From Lytechinus pictus (taxonomy: Eukaryota): a DNA stretch of 64,000 bases. The position numbers and the translations under genes are program-made. The stretch spans positions 13,642,001 to 13,706,000 of the forward strand of contig NC_087251.1 in NCBI RefSeq assembly GCF_037042905.1, given 5' to 3'. Positions 50,408 through 62,729 of the stretch are shown here, piece after piece (within the stretch, counting starts at the first letter, position 1; every line of letters begins with the position of its first letter). The notes beneath the pieces are model-generated. The model had not been told where the DNA came from. It worked only from the letters and a program-made list of their open reading frames with translations, and ran no database searches.

Positions 50408-50610
50408 CGAGGTTGTTTTACCTGACTGCTAAGAAAGCACGAATGCCTGTGAGCAAGCAACCAGTGGACCAACGGCTTAAGGTCCTCTCCGAGGGACCTG
50501 GTAATGAGGATAAATGCCTTACCAAAGGGCACTAGCGCACCACTTGGGAATCAAACCCGGGTCACCGGAATCCGAAACCCCCGCTCTACCGACTGAGCTA
50601 TCGCGCCTCC
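50408..50610 (-). mobile_element. tRNA-derived SINE, second family
   Basis: The minus strand reads GGAGGCGCGATAGCTCAGTCGGTAGAGC (A box), GGGTTTGATTCCC (B box), then the body CCCTTTGGTAAGGCATTT...GTCCCTCGGAGAGGACCTTAAGCCGTTGGTCC, reminiscent of the Deu/Nin-type SINE central domain (inference). Confidence 0.82.
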
Positions 50611-50637
50611 CCAAAATTGCATTAGCCTTCTACCAAT

Positions 50638-50660
50638 CATGGATCTTAGTAGGATCCATG
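50638..50660. mobile_element. 23-bp palindromic insert with 7-bp TSD (P-like footprint)
   Basis: TACCAAT|CATGGATCTTAGTAGGATCCATG|TACCAAT. Confidence 0.7.
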
Positions 50661-53600
50661 TACCAATGATGAAACACTGCATATCACTGACAGTAAATAA
50701 AAAGGTGCCATTGCTGGATATACAATAAAAAATCAAGAACTTTCAAGGAAGAAACAATAACGGTAAAGTAAACGTCAATAATATTGAATTTCAAATACTG
50801 CATACTAATTTTGCACTTTATTTCCAAAGGTATTTGACTGAATCAAAGTCATTCGGTATTGACTGTGATTCACCCCCAAATCAGATAACAAAATGCATTG
50901 TATGCAAAAACCTTCCACATTCAAGCACATTCAAAGCATCAAAATAATGTAGGCCTTTACATGTATACTCATCAGCTTCTGTTCATTAACTCAACCAACA
51001 ACCAAATATTTTGCAAATTTGCACAGTATTTTCCATAATTTGGAATTATGAAAGCTTATCCTGAATATGAGTCTGTTCCTTTATTATTATTTTTTTTTTT
51101 TAATTATTATTTTTTAAATAGATTGGCCTTGCAGAGGTATTACATGTGATATGGTTAGTCTAGGATTTGGAATTGCATGTTTAAATGAAGCTCATATGCT
51201 AAAATTAGATTGAATAACAAAATAACATAATTAGTTTTTAAACAAGAGGTTAATGGGCATGAATTGGAGGATTTAGAAAAATAATTTGTCAGATACAAGA
51301 CATTGAATTAACTCCAATACAAATAATTGAATCATGATAAACGTGCAGAGAAAGTTTCTTAATAAATTTACTGATTCAATTTTCATGTACTGCTGTCAAT
51401 TCAAATCAAATCATATTCAATAGCAGTGCACTCCACTGTGCCTAATAACCGCAATCATCCAGCTGCGGTGTAAAATGAAATCCTTTTCAATACCAGGTTC
51501 AAGTCCAATATACTTCACACCTCAGTGTTTTTATGAAAACTCTCCTGACGTCAGACACAAAGAATGCAACACCAGAGAAGGTGGGATTGTTCTGTTTATT
51601 CGTAACATTCATGACACATACCACCGCATATTACTTCACCACTACATTTATGAGCTTGGGTAAATTTTGCCTGTCATTTACAACTTGCAAATACGGAAGC
51701 AAAAAGTTTCAGTACGTTCTGGGTATTTTCTTTGAAAATAATGGTTTGTTCGTTGCGCATGAAGAGAATGATTGTTTGGCTGTATTATTGACACAAATAC
51801 ACTACTTTAAAACATGTGCAAGCGGATATCAAATTTTTAATGGACTTCCAGCTGATATAATTTTATGACTTTTAACAAAAAAAAAATGTATTTAAATCAA
51901 TTCATTGGAGCAAATGTAACATTTTCAAGAGATCAAGAATTCTATAAAAAAATTTACTCTCGTAATGCTATGACAATTTTCTCTTTTAATATAAAAACCC
52001 TACCACTGCATGATGCAGGATGCAGTGATCACTTTGAGCACTAACCTATAAAATTTACCTCAATATTTTGTCTTCCTATTTTCATAAATTTCCAAAGGAA
52101 TACATGTACCTTTCAAAGATGTATTCCGTGGAATGACAGAGCAGTTCTGGTCTTAACCGCACTTTTTAATCAGCCGTTTCATTTTACACGTCTACATTTC
52201 CAACGATTTCCTTTTCAGCCAAAAAGGTGTTACAATCAATATTACCACATCCTCAATACTTCTGTCACTTGATATTCATTTCATAAACCAAATTATACAC
52301 ATTGGATATTCACATAAGCTGGGAGGTTGTAAACTTTTGAGTATAGAGAAAAAACCTTCAATTTGATATCTATCTTTGTGGGATAATAAGAGTGACATCT
52401 GAGCCCAATTACACAAAACAAACTGATTAATCTGGATGGATTTATTTTGAATTTATAAAATTGTTATAGTCATGTTTTTATTATTTAAAATGTACAGGTA
52501 CAAAGTAGGTAACAGGTCAACCTTCACTAAATTATGGATCCCTTAACACTACCAAAGGCTTTAAACTGAAAATGGGATGGAGTTTCCACAAGAAATTAAG
52601 ATAATCCCAAAAGCTCTCCCAAAAGCATTACTACTTTCCATTGAAATCCATTATTATCCCAAGTGGGAGATTCCATGTGTGGCTTCACAAGAGTCTTCAG
52701 GCCTTTGCATGATTTAGAATTTTCTCTTTAAGTTCGCTGGGATTGAATTCTTCATATTAGAGATTATTTTCAAGTGTGTTGGTTAATTCCAGGCCTAGGG
52801 TGACAAGACCAGGATCTAGAACTAATCTCTTTCCTTGACTTGTCTCCTCACTAAGACATATTTTCATTAGCCCCAAGTACTTAGCTCAATTTGCAGTAAT
52901 GACTAAAAAAATGAACTTCAACCCTTAAAATTTTCGAGCATTGAGTCTGATACCTACATGTACAAGCTTTAAGTTTTTGATAATGATATTGAAAATAGAA
53001 CAATGGGGAGATCCAAAAATATTTCTTCTTTTCTTCAATGGGGGGGGGGGGGGGTAACACTTTGAATCTGGTTTTAAGCAAGATAGCTCACAACATTTAG
53101 AGCTGGATGTAAAGAGTGTGATAGGTGTTCTAACTAACCCAAGCAGAGAAAACACATACATGAAGGAAAGAGGAAGGGGGGAGGGGGCTTTACAAACTAT
53201 GTTCTTGTGATTATTAACCAAGTTTGGGGCTCAGAAAGAATGTCCTTCCTTGATTACTGTGAGAAGGAAATTACCAGGCCCTCTAGAGGGCTGTAGGTCT
53301 GGGATTAATCGTCAGAGGCCAGAGCTTTCTCAAAATCTTATGATGGAAGAATCTAGCACTTTAATCTGACAGTTCTATCGTCATCAGGGGCAAGGACTGG
53401 ACCAAAGGTATCCATCATGACGTTGTTATTTTCAATTTTACCTCAATATTCAATCAGTAGAGTATATGGTTTGATATTTCTATTTCTATCTAATAGTAAA
53501 AAATATTGCCTAACTTAGTGAACTCAGAGGACTAAAAACATCCATAATTTTATCCTATTATATATCAAGCATCTTTGCAGACCAAATGATATCACGTTTG

Positions 53601-54635
53601 AATATCATTTGTCTGTCCAAAAGCAAAGCAAAGCAAAGAAAAAAAAATCATTAAATTAACCCTACCCATAAAAAGCAAATAAGACAACCAAAAGTTTTCT
53701 CCTAAGTTTATAGAAAACAGGATTGTATGCATTAATACACTACTGGGTTGTTTATATTATAATATCAATGATTATTCACCCAAAATGCCATTGCTATTAC
53801 CAATACATTAATCATAAAATATATAAAATCCTGCCTGACTGAAAATAATTGTTTACATAAAATCTGACAATACGATTTACTACATTGGGGTAGAGATTCC
53901 AAGAGCAAGATAGGCAAAGCCAGGGTACTGATTCATAAGAGATGGGACATCATTAACAGCAAATTCCAGTGTGGATTGTAAGGAGAAGATGAGCAGATTG
54001 ATTGAGAAGATGATGGTCTCCAACTAAAAACATAAATTTGCCTGGAGGGATGTTGAGATATGGTTTATGATGAGGAATTCATCTTTGCAATGCAGACTGA
54101 ATGCTGGAAGATAAACAACTGTAAATAGATGGGCAAGTAAAGGTGGGAGGCATGAGATGTGGGGGGGTTGACATGGGGGGTATGGAGTGGGAAAGAAAGA
54201 AGATGACGATGATGCATTCAGGAGAAATGCAAGGGTTTTGAGATAGGGATGAACTATAGGAGGAAGGGTCCGGTGGAAGAGAAGGGGAAATGAAGGAGGT
54301 AATGGACAGATAAATAAAATGCCAGAGAGGCAATATTGTACAACGCCTACTTAGCTTGTTGTACGCGAGTAAATGGGAGACAGAATGTCAAACATTCGTA
54401 CCGTTGCACAAACGACGTACCATAAAAATGTACCATAGAATGTGCCACATTCTAAATGCCCAAATAATGCTGCTTCATATATCATCATAACTTTCAACTA
54501 TTGAAACGATTGACAATCATTGACAAGACTATCCCTCCATACAGGCAAGCTGCATATATCTCATCTTCAATCATAAAGAAGATGGCAGAGGGTATCACAC
54601 CAGCATCTTGAATACCCAGGTGAGTGCGCCTTTAA

Positions 54636-55229
54636 AGGGGAATCCAGCCTTGGCCATAAAATGTTGTGTTGGGAAGGAGAAAAATAAATTAAACAGAATG
54701 GCGAAAGTTTGAAAGAAATCGGACAAGCAATAAGAAAGTTATAGCTGCTTTTAAATTGAGATCACTAATAGTATGTAGATTTCAAATTGGCAACTGGGTA
54801 AGTAAATTATGACAAGGGGCAAGGACAACTTTCCCATAGGCCATGTACTTTATTATCAGGGATTTGTGGTTTTCTCCTAAGTACCCATTCCCCTGGGGCA
54901 GTAATCTAAATATAATCCAGGTAGTATATTGTTTTATGTCCTCATGAAAGAAAAATATATTTTGAAATAAAACTTTTAGGAAAAATGACATTTTAGCCAT
55001 AATATGTATTGGAGTACATGGAAGAGTAGTCCTTGCCTTACATCACTATGACATCCCACATGTGGCCAATTTGAAGTCTCCATGGGTATAGTGATTACCA
55101 ATATTTACAACTTTTAAAAAATCATAACTTTCTTGTTGTTTGTCCAATATTGTTCAAACTTTCACCTATCAACTTGACTGATTTTTCTTTTTCTTATAAA
55201 AACAATTTTTATTTGGGTTGGATTCCCCT
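54636..55229. mobile_element. TTAA-target MITE with AGG...CCT ends (Kolobok/T2-like)
   Basis: TTAA|AGGGGAATCCA ... TGGATTCCCCT|TTAA, with subterminal inverted GAAAGTTTGAA...AAGAAAGTTAT / ATAACTTTCTT...TTCAAACTTTC. Confidence 0.88.
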
Positions 55230-55698
55230 TTAAGATGAGGTGATAAAGCTGACATACTGCATCCCCCTCTCCAGAATAAATGGAGCTGTCAGTTTGGGAT
55301 GTTTGTGTCTGGTCGACACTATCATTGATGTTTCCAGAGAATGATTTGCGCTTTACGCCATTCAGTTCTTATCTTTTGATTCATGTGCCCATCTAAACAA
55401 GCTTGAACTATTGGGCATACCAGAAAGTAATTAGGAAGGTACACAAAGATAAACATAAAAATATAGAAGAAAGACATTCCTGATATATGCACATGTCTTG
55501 ATATGATAAATGGACCGCTTGATACACTTGGGGTATATGCCTACTCTCGCATGAGGGGTGTTTCATGAAGATTTAATTTTGACTAAAAATCTCAATAAAA
55601 TTTCCAGTTGCGAGTGGTTAAAAAAATATATATTTTCATATTGGTCAGATCATGCTATATATTGTCCCTCCTCCTTATAAACTTGTAGTGGGTTTCCA

Positions 55699-55724
55699 CA
55701 TGGACCTATTACAATAGGTCCATG
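55699..55724. mobile_element. 26-bp palindromic insert with near-perfect 7-bp TSD (P-like footprint)
   Basis: GTTTCCA|CATGGACCTATT-AC-AATAGGTCCATG|GTTTCTA. Confidence 0.65.
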
Positions 55725-56895
55725 GTTTCTACGCATGGTTCACTTTGAAGCCGAGATGTTCTTCATACATTGAAATGATGCCAGTACTTTACAGATCTAC
55801 TATTATCCGTCAAATTATTCTGGCATGCCTGTACATGATATATGCACTTTCTAAACTCTCTGACTGAGGAGCATCCCAGTAAGAATTTTCCAAACTCAAT
55901 TGCTGGGTATACTATATCGACTGTTGTATCTTTTGGGTAGCCAGACACCTGGGTGGAGAATGGCAAAGTGTGAATGATGCATTGCCTTAGGATGCTAGGC
56001 TGTGGTGGGATTCAAACACAAGAGGATCTCATTAAAAGATGAGATTCAGAAAATCTCTACACCATGTGCAAATTTCTTAACCAATTTTCAAGGTGAATTT
56101 CATCTGAACAGTCTGCGCTCAGCCAGGCATCTCTGCATTTGTTTTTCATCCATCAAATCCTTGGTGGAAGCTGGATGTGACTTGTTTGTTCCTTGCCAAC
56201 AGATTTATTTCATCCTTTGATCCAAGAATATCTCTCCTCATCAAAAGTGACAAAAGTCAAGGGTTTCGAGATGCCCTATAAAAAGTTCATTGTGTCAAGT
56301 AAAGAAATATATACCAAGGATCTAGCTGCCTATTTTTGTATCTTAGCTTTTTAATCAAAATCATTCAAAGTTCATTCAGACATGTTTATATTTTCTTCTT
56401 CAGAAAGCTGTGGAGTATTCAAAATGATTAGGTGAGAACATTCTGGCTCTAACAGTCAATACCTGGAATTTCATCTGTTCTCAAGGAATAGATGACAAGG
56501 GACCAGATTGAGAAGCTTTGTCAAGAGTTCAAAAACAAGAGGATGAATAAAGAGGATGTAAACGGAGAAGGCAGAATTGGATTATATGCTTTTCAATCAA
56601 TTCATTCATGGGACGCACCCTGCAGGGATTTAATAAAATCAAATGTGGGGATAGCACGCCAGCAGGTATACTTAACCGATCATGTGATTGATTATGACGT
56701 CAGGTCGGACGCATCATTCGGTCTTGATCCAATCGAAGCGATTCAACAACAATGAAATCGCTCAGGATTTGTCTGTGAAGAGAATGTACTCTCCAAGAAA
56801 TCCCTGGTCCAAACATCTTGACTACTGATTGTATGTTATCAAATGGACAGCTACAGATATGATAAATTAAATTGCCCTTCGCCCTGGATATAAAT

Positions 56896-57294
56896 CCCGG
56901 GGGGGGGGGGGTAGTCAAATATATTGCTGTACACACGCGTGACCAAGAAATTTCCAAACACCCCCTAAACAAGTTTTTTTCTGTGTGCAAAATAACCCCC
57001 TAAACAATTTTTTCGCGGGCTTTATTTACACATTTTGGCCCCTAAACAAGATGTCGCCAAAATATGACCTCGGGGAAAAAGCTTGGAAAAAACATACCCT
57101 AAATATGTTTGACCCTGCGATTGACCATTGACCAGTCTTTAAAAACCACCCTTTTTCTTAAAAATCAGTGTTTTTGATACCCTTAACGAGTCCACATGCG
57201 GACTGCGTCCAAAACTGAAACACACCCCTTTAAACGTGTTTTTTTGGTCACGCGTGTGTACAGCAATATATTTGACTGCCCCCCCCCCCCCGGG
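56896..57294. mobile_element. 399-bp MITE with CCCG(G)n termini and long TIRs
   Basis: CCCG(G)n-TAGTCAAATATATTGCTGTACACACGCGTGACCAA / TTGGTCACGCGTGTGTACAGCAATATATTTGACTG-(C)nCGGG; ATAAAT on both flanks. Confidence 0.9.
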
Positions 57295-58127
57295 ATAAAT
57301 CCATTCATGAATTAATGAGGGCACATTGAAATTTCAAAGCAATTCATAAAATATCTTAATCTCATGGAACTGCTAACCCTTGCAGTCAATGACGTAAAAA
57401 GGACATAAATGAAAAGAAAATATTGTACTTTTGAAGAAACATACAACCCTGGCAGCATGGTCAAATATAGAGGCTGAACACTATTTGAGATCTGCATGAA
57501 GAGAAAAGTTGACACGAATCCCAACTGAAAAACAATCTTGCCCTACTTTTTTTCATTTCAAGAATAAACACAAGACAAAATCATAAAAGGCAAATAAGTC
57601 CTGAGTAACTGCATCTTACGAGTGATTACTTTATACAATATTCAACATTCTCTTAGATCTTGAAATTGATCAGTGAAATTTTGAACACATGTTTTAGACT
57701 TGGCAACAAAGTGAAGTTGTTGAGCACTTCCTAATCATACATCTGTTCTCTATTCAACTGATTTCCTCAACAGACTAGCAACAAACCCCTGTCCTTTCTC
57801 CCTCCAACTTCTGGCATCAACAGCTTGTCAGCTTCTTAACCAAACTCGAGTTAACAAAATAACATGTATCGGCAGCTCTTTGGAAACAATTTCATAGTTT
57901 TCTCTCAATAATGTGACTAAGAAAATCAGGTTTAATTTAAAAGGAAAATATACCATGACACATGGTTGTTTGTAACGAAGGTAGAAAATGTATCGTTAGG
58001 TTGTTTTACAATGAATACAACATTGCTAACGAAAAAGTCAAGGGGGTGCATTCAAGCTAATTACCAGCTCGAGAATCCTTGATGTGAATCCCAATTCTTT
58101 TAACTCAAGCTCACCCAATAGATCTAG

Positions 58128-58574
58128 ACACCGTTCTCATTACACTTTCTAAAACGAGTTTACTAGAAACCGGTTCAGGAAACCAGTTTGGAAGATCGCT
58201 TTGCTAGCATTCCCATTTGATCACACGAAAGTGGTTTTCAACATCACTTCACATAAAGCAAATTTTGTTGCTATGGAAATGCTCTCAGTGGGGTGACATG
58301 TTTCGTGTGAAATTCGAAACCGCAGCGTAGGCATTCTACATCTGTTGTGTGGAGTAGCGCACTCAAAATGTGCGAAGATTGCTTTTCGAAGAACGGTTGT
58401 GTCCTCACTTACGCTAAAACCAGTTTAACGAGGCAAAGCGATCTTGAAAACTACATCGCAAGGTGGTTTTATGAACTGGTTTGGAAGATCGCTTCGACCA
58501 TTCTCATTACATGTTCAACTAGATTTAGACTAGTTTCCACTAAACTATTTTTAGGAAGGTAGTGAGAACGGTGT
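58128..58574. mobile_element. MITE (Harbinger-like ends)
   Basis: ACACCGTTCTCATTAC / GTAGTGAGAACGGTGT, with imperfect pairing over ~45 bp. Confidence 0.8.
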
Positions 58575-58578
58575 GCTA

Positions 58579-59205
58579 GGTTGTGTTCAATGTTGATTTT
58601 CAAATTTAAACGGCAACATGAATCATGATTGAAAACTCAAATCCAAAACACAGAACACAAACACGATCAGCGGTGCACCCGTGTGTAGAAAATATAAAGC
58701 CGTTTATATCATGGAGCTATTACTGTTAGATATCGTTCCTTCGCCAGAGGGAAGCGATAACAAAGGATTAACAGAGGAATTGGAAGAAGGATCTCCTTCT
58801 GTAATAGCTCTGTTTATATGTTGAATGTCTTTATTTTTCCCACTTTCGTTAACGCAACTTTAGTGCTTAGTTTTACCATCACAAGAAAGGTCAGTTCTGG
58901 CACCTGTTTGTGAAGGCTTCCATTGCGAGAGCAAATTTAAAGACGTTTCAAAATGCAATTGTGTTCAATGTCGCATTTGCAATGCTCAAGGTTGTAAATT
59001 TGAGCTGATCGCGTATAAAAATGCATCTTTTTCAAAATCTTAATTTTCCTCCGAATAGGATTTGAAAGACGTTAATTTTTACGACAGGGAATAGTGGACA
59101 TTGAACACACCCTTTGTTTCTCATTATATCTTCGTTTTGTAATCATGTTTTCAATCATGATCCATGTTGCCGTTTAAATTTTGAAACCGACATGGAACAC
59201 ACCCC
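58579..59205. mobile_element. MITE with ~60-bp TIRs (GG(T/G)TGTGTTC ends, Harbinger-like)
   Basis: GGTTGTGTTCAATG...AAATTTAAACGGCAACATGAATCATGATTGAAAAC / GTTTTCAATCATGATCCATGTTGCCGTTTAAATTT...CATGGAACACACCCC. Confidence 0.82.
58710..58812. mobile_element. 103-bp mini-element with CATGGAGCTATTAC TIR and 7-bp TSD (P-like)
   Basis: TTTATAT|CATGGAGCTATTAC ... GTAATAGCTC(--)TG|TTTATAT; nested in the 58579-59205 MITE. Confidence 0.7.
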
Positions 59206-62200
59206 TAGAAGCATACATGTGTAGGTCAACAGAGCATACACAATGCATGTCTGACCCCAAATAAGGTGTATCATAGGATCATGATATCCCTGTTGCATTC
59301 AAATAGTTTTTAACACCATGGTCCCGTAGAATCCCATTCAAAAACATCTTTTTTATATATTTGCTTCTTACAAATAATTTTTTTTTCAGGACTGACAGAA
59401 AAATGATTCAATCAACGAAGCTCCCAGATTCAATGCAACCAAGGTTTGAACTGAACGTCTTGGAAAACTGTGTTTCGAGGGTAAAGAAATGTGGATTGAA
59501 CACAACCTAGAAGACATTGCAGGTGTTGAAGCCAAGGTCAGCATTTATGCCTTTCCTGCATGACTGGCTATTACTAATGATCCGACAGGAAGGTGCTATA
59601 AAAGTCTGAAGTCATTTCATGAAGACGGACTCATGAGATGCGTTCACACCTTGTTGATCGGGGAAATACCTGGAATCTTGCCAGTGTGAAACAAAGTACT
59701 TGACATATCCCATAAAATATTTTTCAAAAAATCCTGAGAACTTTCGCAGCAGTTTCTCAAGATGGGTATTTGCAGTGTAATAGTTTCTTACAAAAAACTT
59801 TTTATGGGATTTGAGTAGAATGTGCATGCAAAGTGGCTAAGGGCTAATAATTACAAGAACTCTGTCCGGTTTCGACAGGTGTGAATTGGCAAGAAAACCT
59901 AGTATTTTGAAGCGCGAATGAGTTCTTGAAATTTAAGGGGATATTCATGATCGGACAGATGTCAATACGCCAATAAAGACAGACTCATACTTATCACATC
60001 CTTATCATCTCTACCCCTTTGATCCATTATAGAAAAACAGCCACAGACAGAGATCAATATGAATAATTAAATTTGGGTTATTCATAAGCATAAAGGGGGC
60101 AGTGAGAGGGAGGGGGAGGGGCATTTCTCAGGATCTAACAGGAAGATACCATTACACTGATGTGATTTCATAAAGATTGTCTGACGAACGCTTATTATGC
60201 AGCAAATGAAATCATAGCATTGGATCAACATCAATTTTTACTATTTGGGTCATTCTCTATTATAACATTATGGTTAAAGTCTATGAGAGGGGTTAAGTGA
60301 CACTGAAGGGGGAGTTCTAATGCCTATACAGGAAGATGCTAATGTACAAAGATAATGTCTCCAAATATTCTACCTCAGTTTAATGAAAGCAATTCAGAGT
60401 AAAATAAGTTTTTAAAATCAGTCATTCCTTATCTTGAAATAAAAGAAAGGGAACTCCATATCATTAGAGGCAGGACAATCTTCATTTATACCTGACAGAA
60501 GGGTCTTCTTACATCATGACGAATGAAGACGATGCAAAGTTAATTTTTCCATAAATTTACATTTTTAAAATGTTTTTTCTTTACCATCTTTAACCCAATC
60601 CATTATTCTTCCTTACTTAATTTTTTTTCCAGAACTTTTCTTTTGTGAATTCTCTGCTTTTGACATAAACATGTATACAGAATTGCAACTTTAAAATTCA
60701 TACCATACTAGAGACTACAGAATTCTGACATGCTTAATTGCTTTGGGGAAATATATAAGGAAAGGACAGGAATGAAGAAAGTGATCAAATAATCTACAAT
60801 AAAAATGCTGTTGATATCTCCTTCATGACGCTGATTTTCTTAACAAATCTGCTCAATGATTAAGGAAAATCATAAATTGCTTGTTGATATTTCATCAAGG
60901 CCATCTATAGAAGGTGGGAAGTCTGGGGCAAATTTTTCCTGTCTGTTCTAGAAACAAATCTCAAAATCTCAAAACAGGTCATTCACCATAGCTGATGTTG
61001 AAAGGGTCAAATAGATTTCATACCGTATGATAGTCAAAAGAAGTCCTACACATTAATTTTGGAATTTGGTATGATCATCTGAATTGTTCATCATGATGAA
61101 AAGAAAGTAGGTGTGAATATCTTGATTTTATGTGTAAAGACTAATTGGCATCTTTTCTTTTGTCAAAAACATAAAAATCACAATGGATTTGACAAATATG
61201 GTCAAATATTAATAACAATCATACATCATGGGAAAGTATAGGAGAGTCTGTATCTAGATTTTGTCCATGAGTCTGGGAAAACAATTTTGTTGGTTTTATT
61301 TTCCCAAAATAAACTGAAATTACTTCTTTGAATTAGAGTATGATAGTCAGTTCCCAATTTCAATCATTCATATATGTTGCAATGGAAAACCACAATGCAC
61401 AGAATGTTCTCAACTCATATTGCAACATAACGGGATCCACGAAAAAAAATCAGAATCTAAGCACTTGAAGCACTGTTTTGAAGTCTTCTGTGTCTTTAAT
61501 TGGTCAACCTACCGTGAACTGTTGGATAAAAGGTGTCTACGAGATCAAGGTATATAGTTGCTGGATTTAGACAAGGATGGCATTCAAATGGCCTTGTTGG
61601 GCAGGTGACGAGAGAGAGCACATGAGATACACTGTCACCATACCTAAGACCTTCTTCACTCAGCATACCCTGTTGGTCATGTTCAAGGTCAGAAACACGT
61701 TCTTCATTCCGCTACAAGTCACTCATGATGATTGCTCAGTGCACTTGCCAGACTATAACAAGCATAACTTTTCTACTCTTTTTCTTCAAAGGGACATATC
61801 AATCACACAGACAGAAATCAAATGTAGAACATTGACATTGTTTGGTAATATACATGTACTATGATGTATCAATGTATTGCAGTTGGTCACATGGTCAAGA
61901 ACATCAAATCATCAATGAGTTCTACTATCAGGAGGAACTTGGGGGACTGTCTGAAGATGGGGAGCATCTGATATCTAAAAAACCATAAATACATGTGATC
62001 ACCAACATTCTACTCACATTCACTGACGATAGGGGCACAGGAAGTGAGACGGGTACTGAACCCAAGATCCTTCCTACCCATAGAGGATTAAATGTGCAGA
62101 TCATTATCATGTACAAACTACATTCATGTTTCCACAACCTTCACATGGCGGAAAGTCTGGGGTATATGTAACGATTCATGTCAACTACCACCCGAGGGGG

Positions 62201-62729
62201 CAGTCAGGGCTGCTATTAACATAACCTCTCTCTTAAATGTCACATCCACCTAGCAGCTTAACGGGAGACTAAGTCTAAGAATATGATCCCTGTGGGAGGG
62301 GGATACTTGGTGCTGTGAGATCAGACAACCCTTTAACCTGCTATTCCGACTAGGAGGACTTCATTGACCAACCAGTGACAGCGTGATATGCACAATTATT
62401 GCTGGAAAACCTGGACCTTCTAAAGACCACCTTGTCCCTACAATCCCCCCCCCCCCGAACAAGAAACACTTCAGATGGGTATGAAAGATTTCTACAAGTT
62501 CTTGCATCAAGGGGGAAGGCAAAACTTCCAATTGTTCTCACACATCCCCTAGGGTGAATTTAATGCTGAATTTTACATACATATATACTGGTCATCATCA
62601 ATCTCAAGCAACTGGTGATACCGCTGCTTAATTTCAAAGTAACGGTAAAACAAAACACAAAAACAACAGTCTTCAGCTAATAAACCTATAGGCCTGAGGC
62701 TCTGTGGAACTTCTATTCGAAGTCACAAC

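Noticed and set aside
50535..50610. Minus-strand tRNA-like sequence as a tRNA gene
   Set aside because: The B box is mutated (GGTTTGA), stems are imperfect, and it is followed by a SINE-type body.
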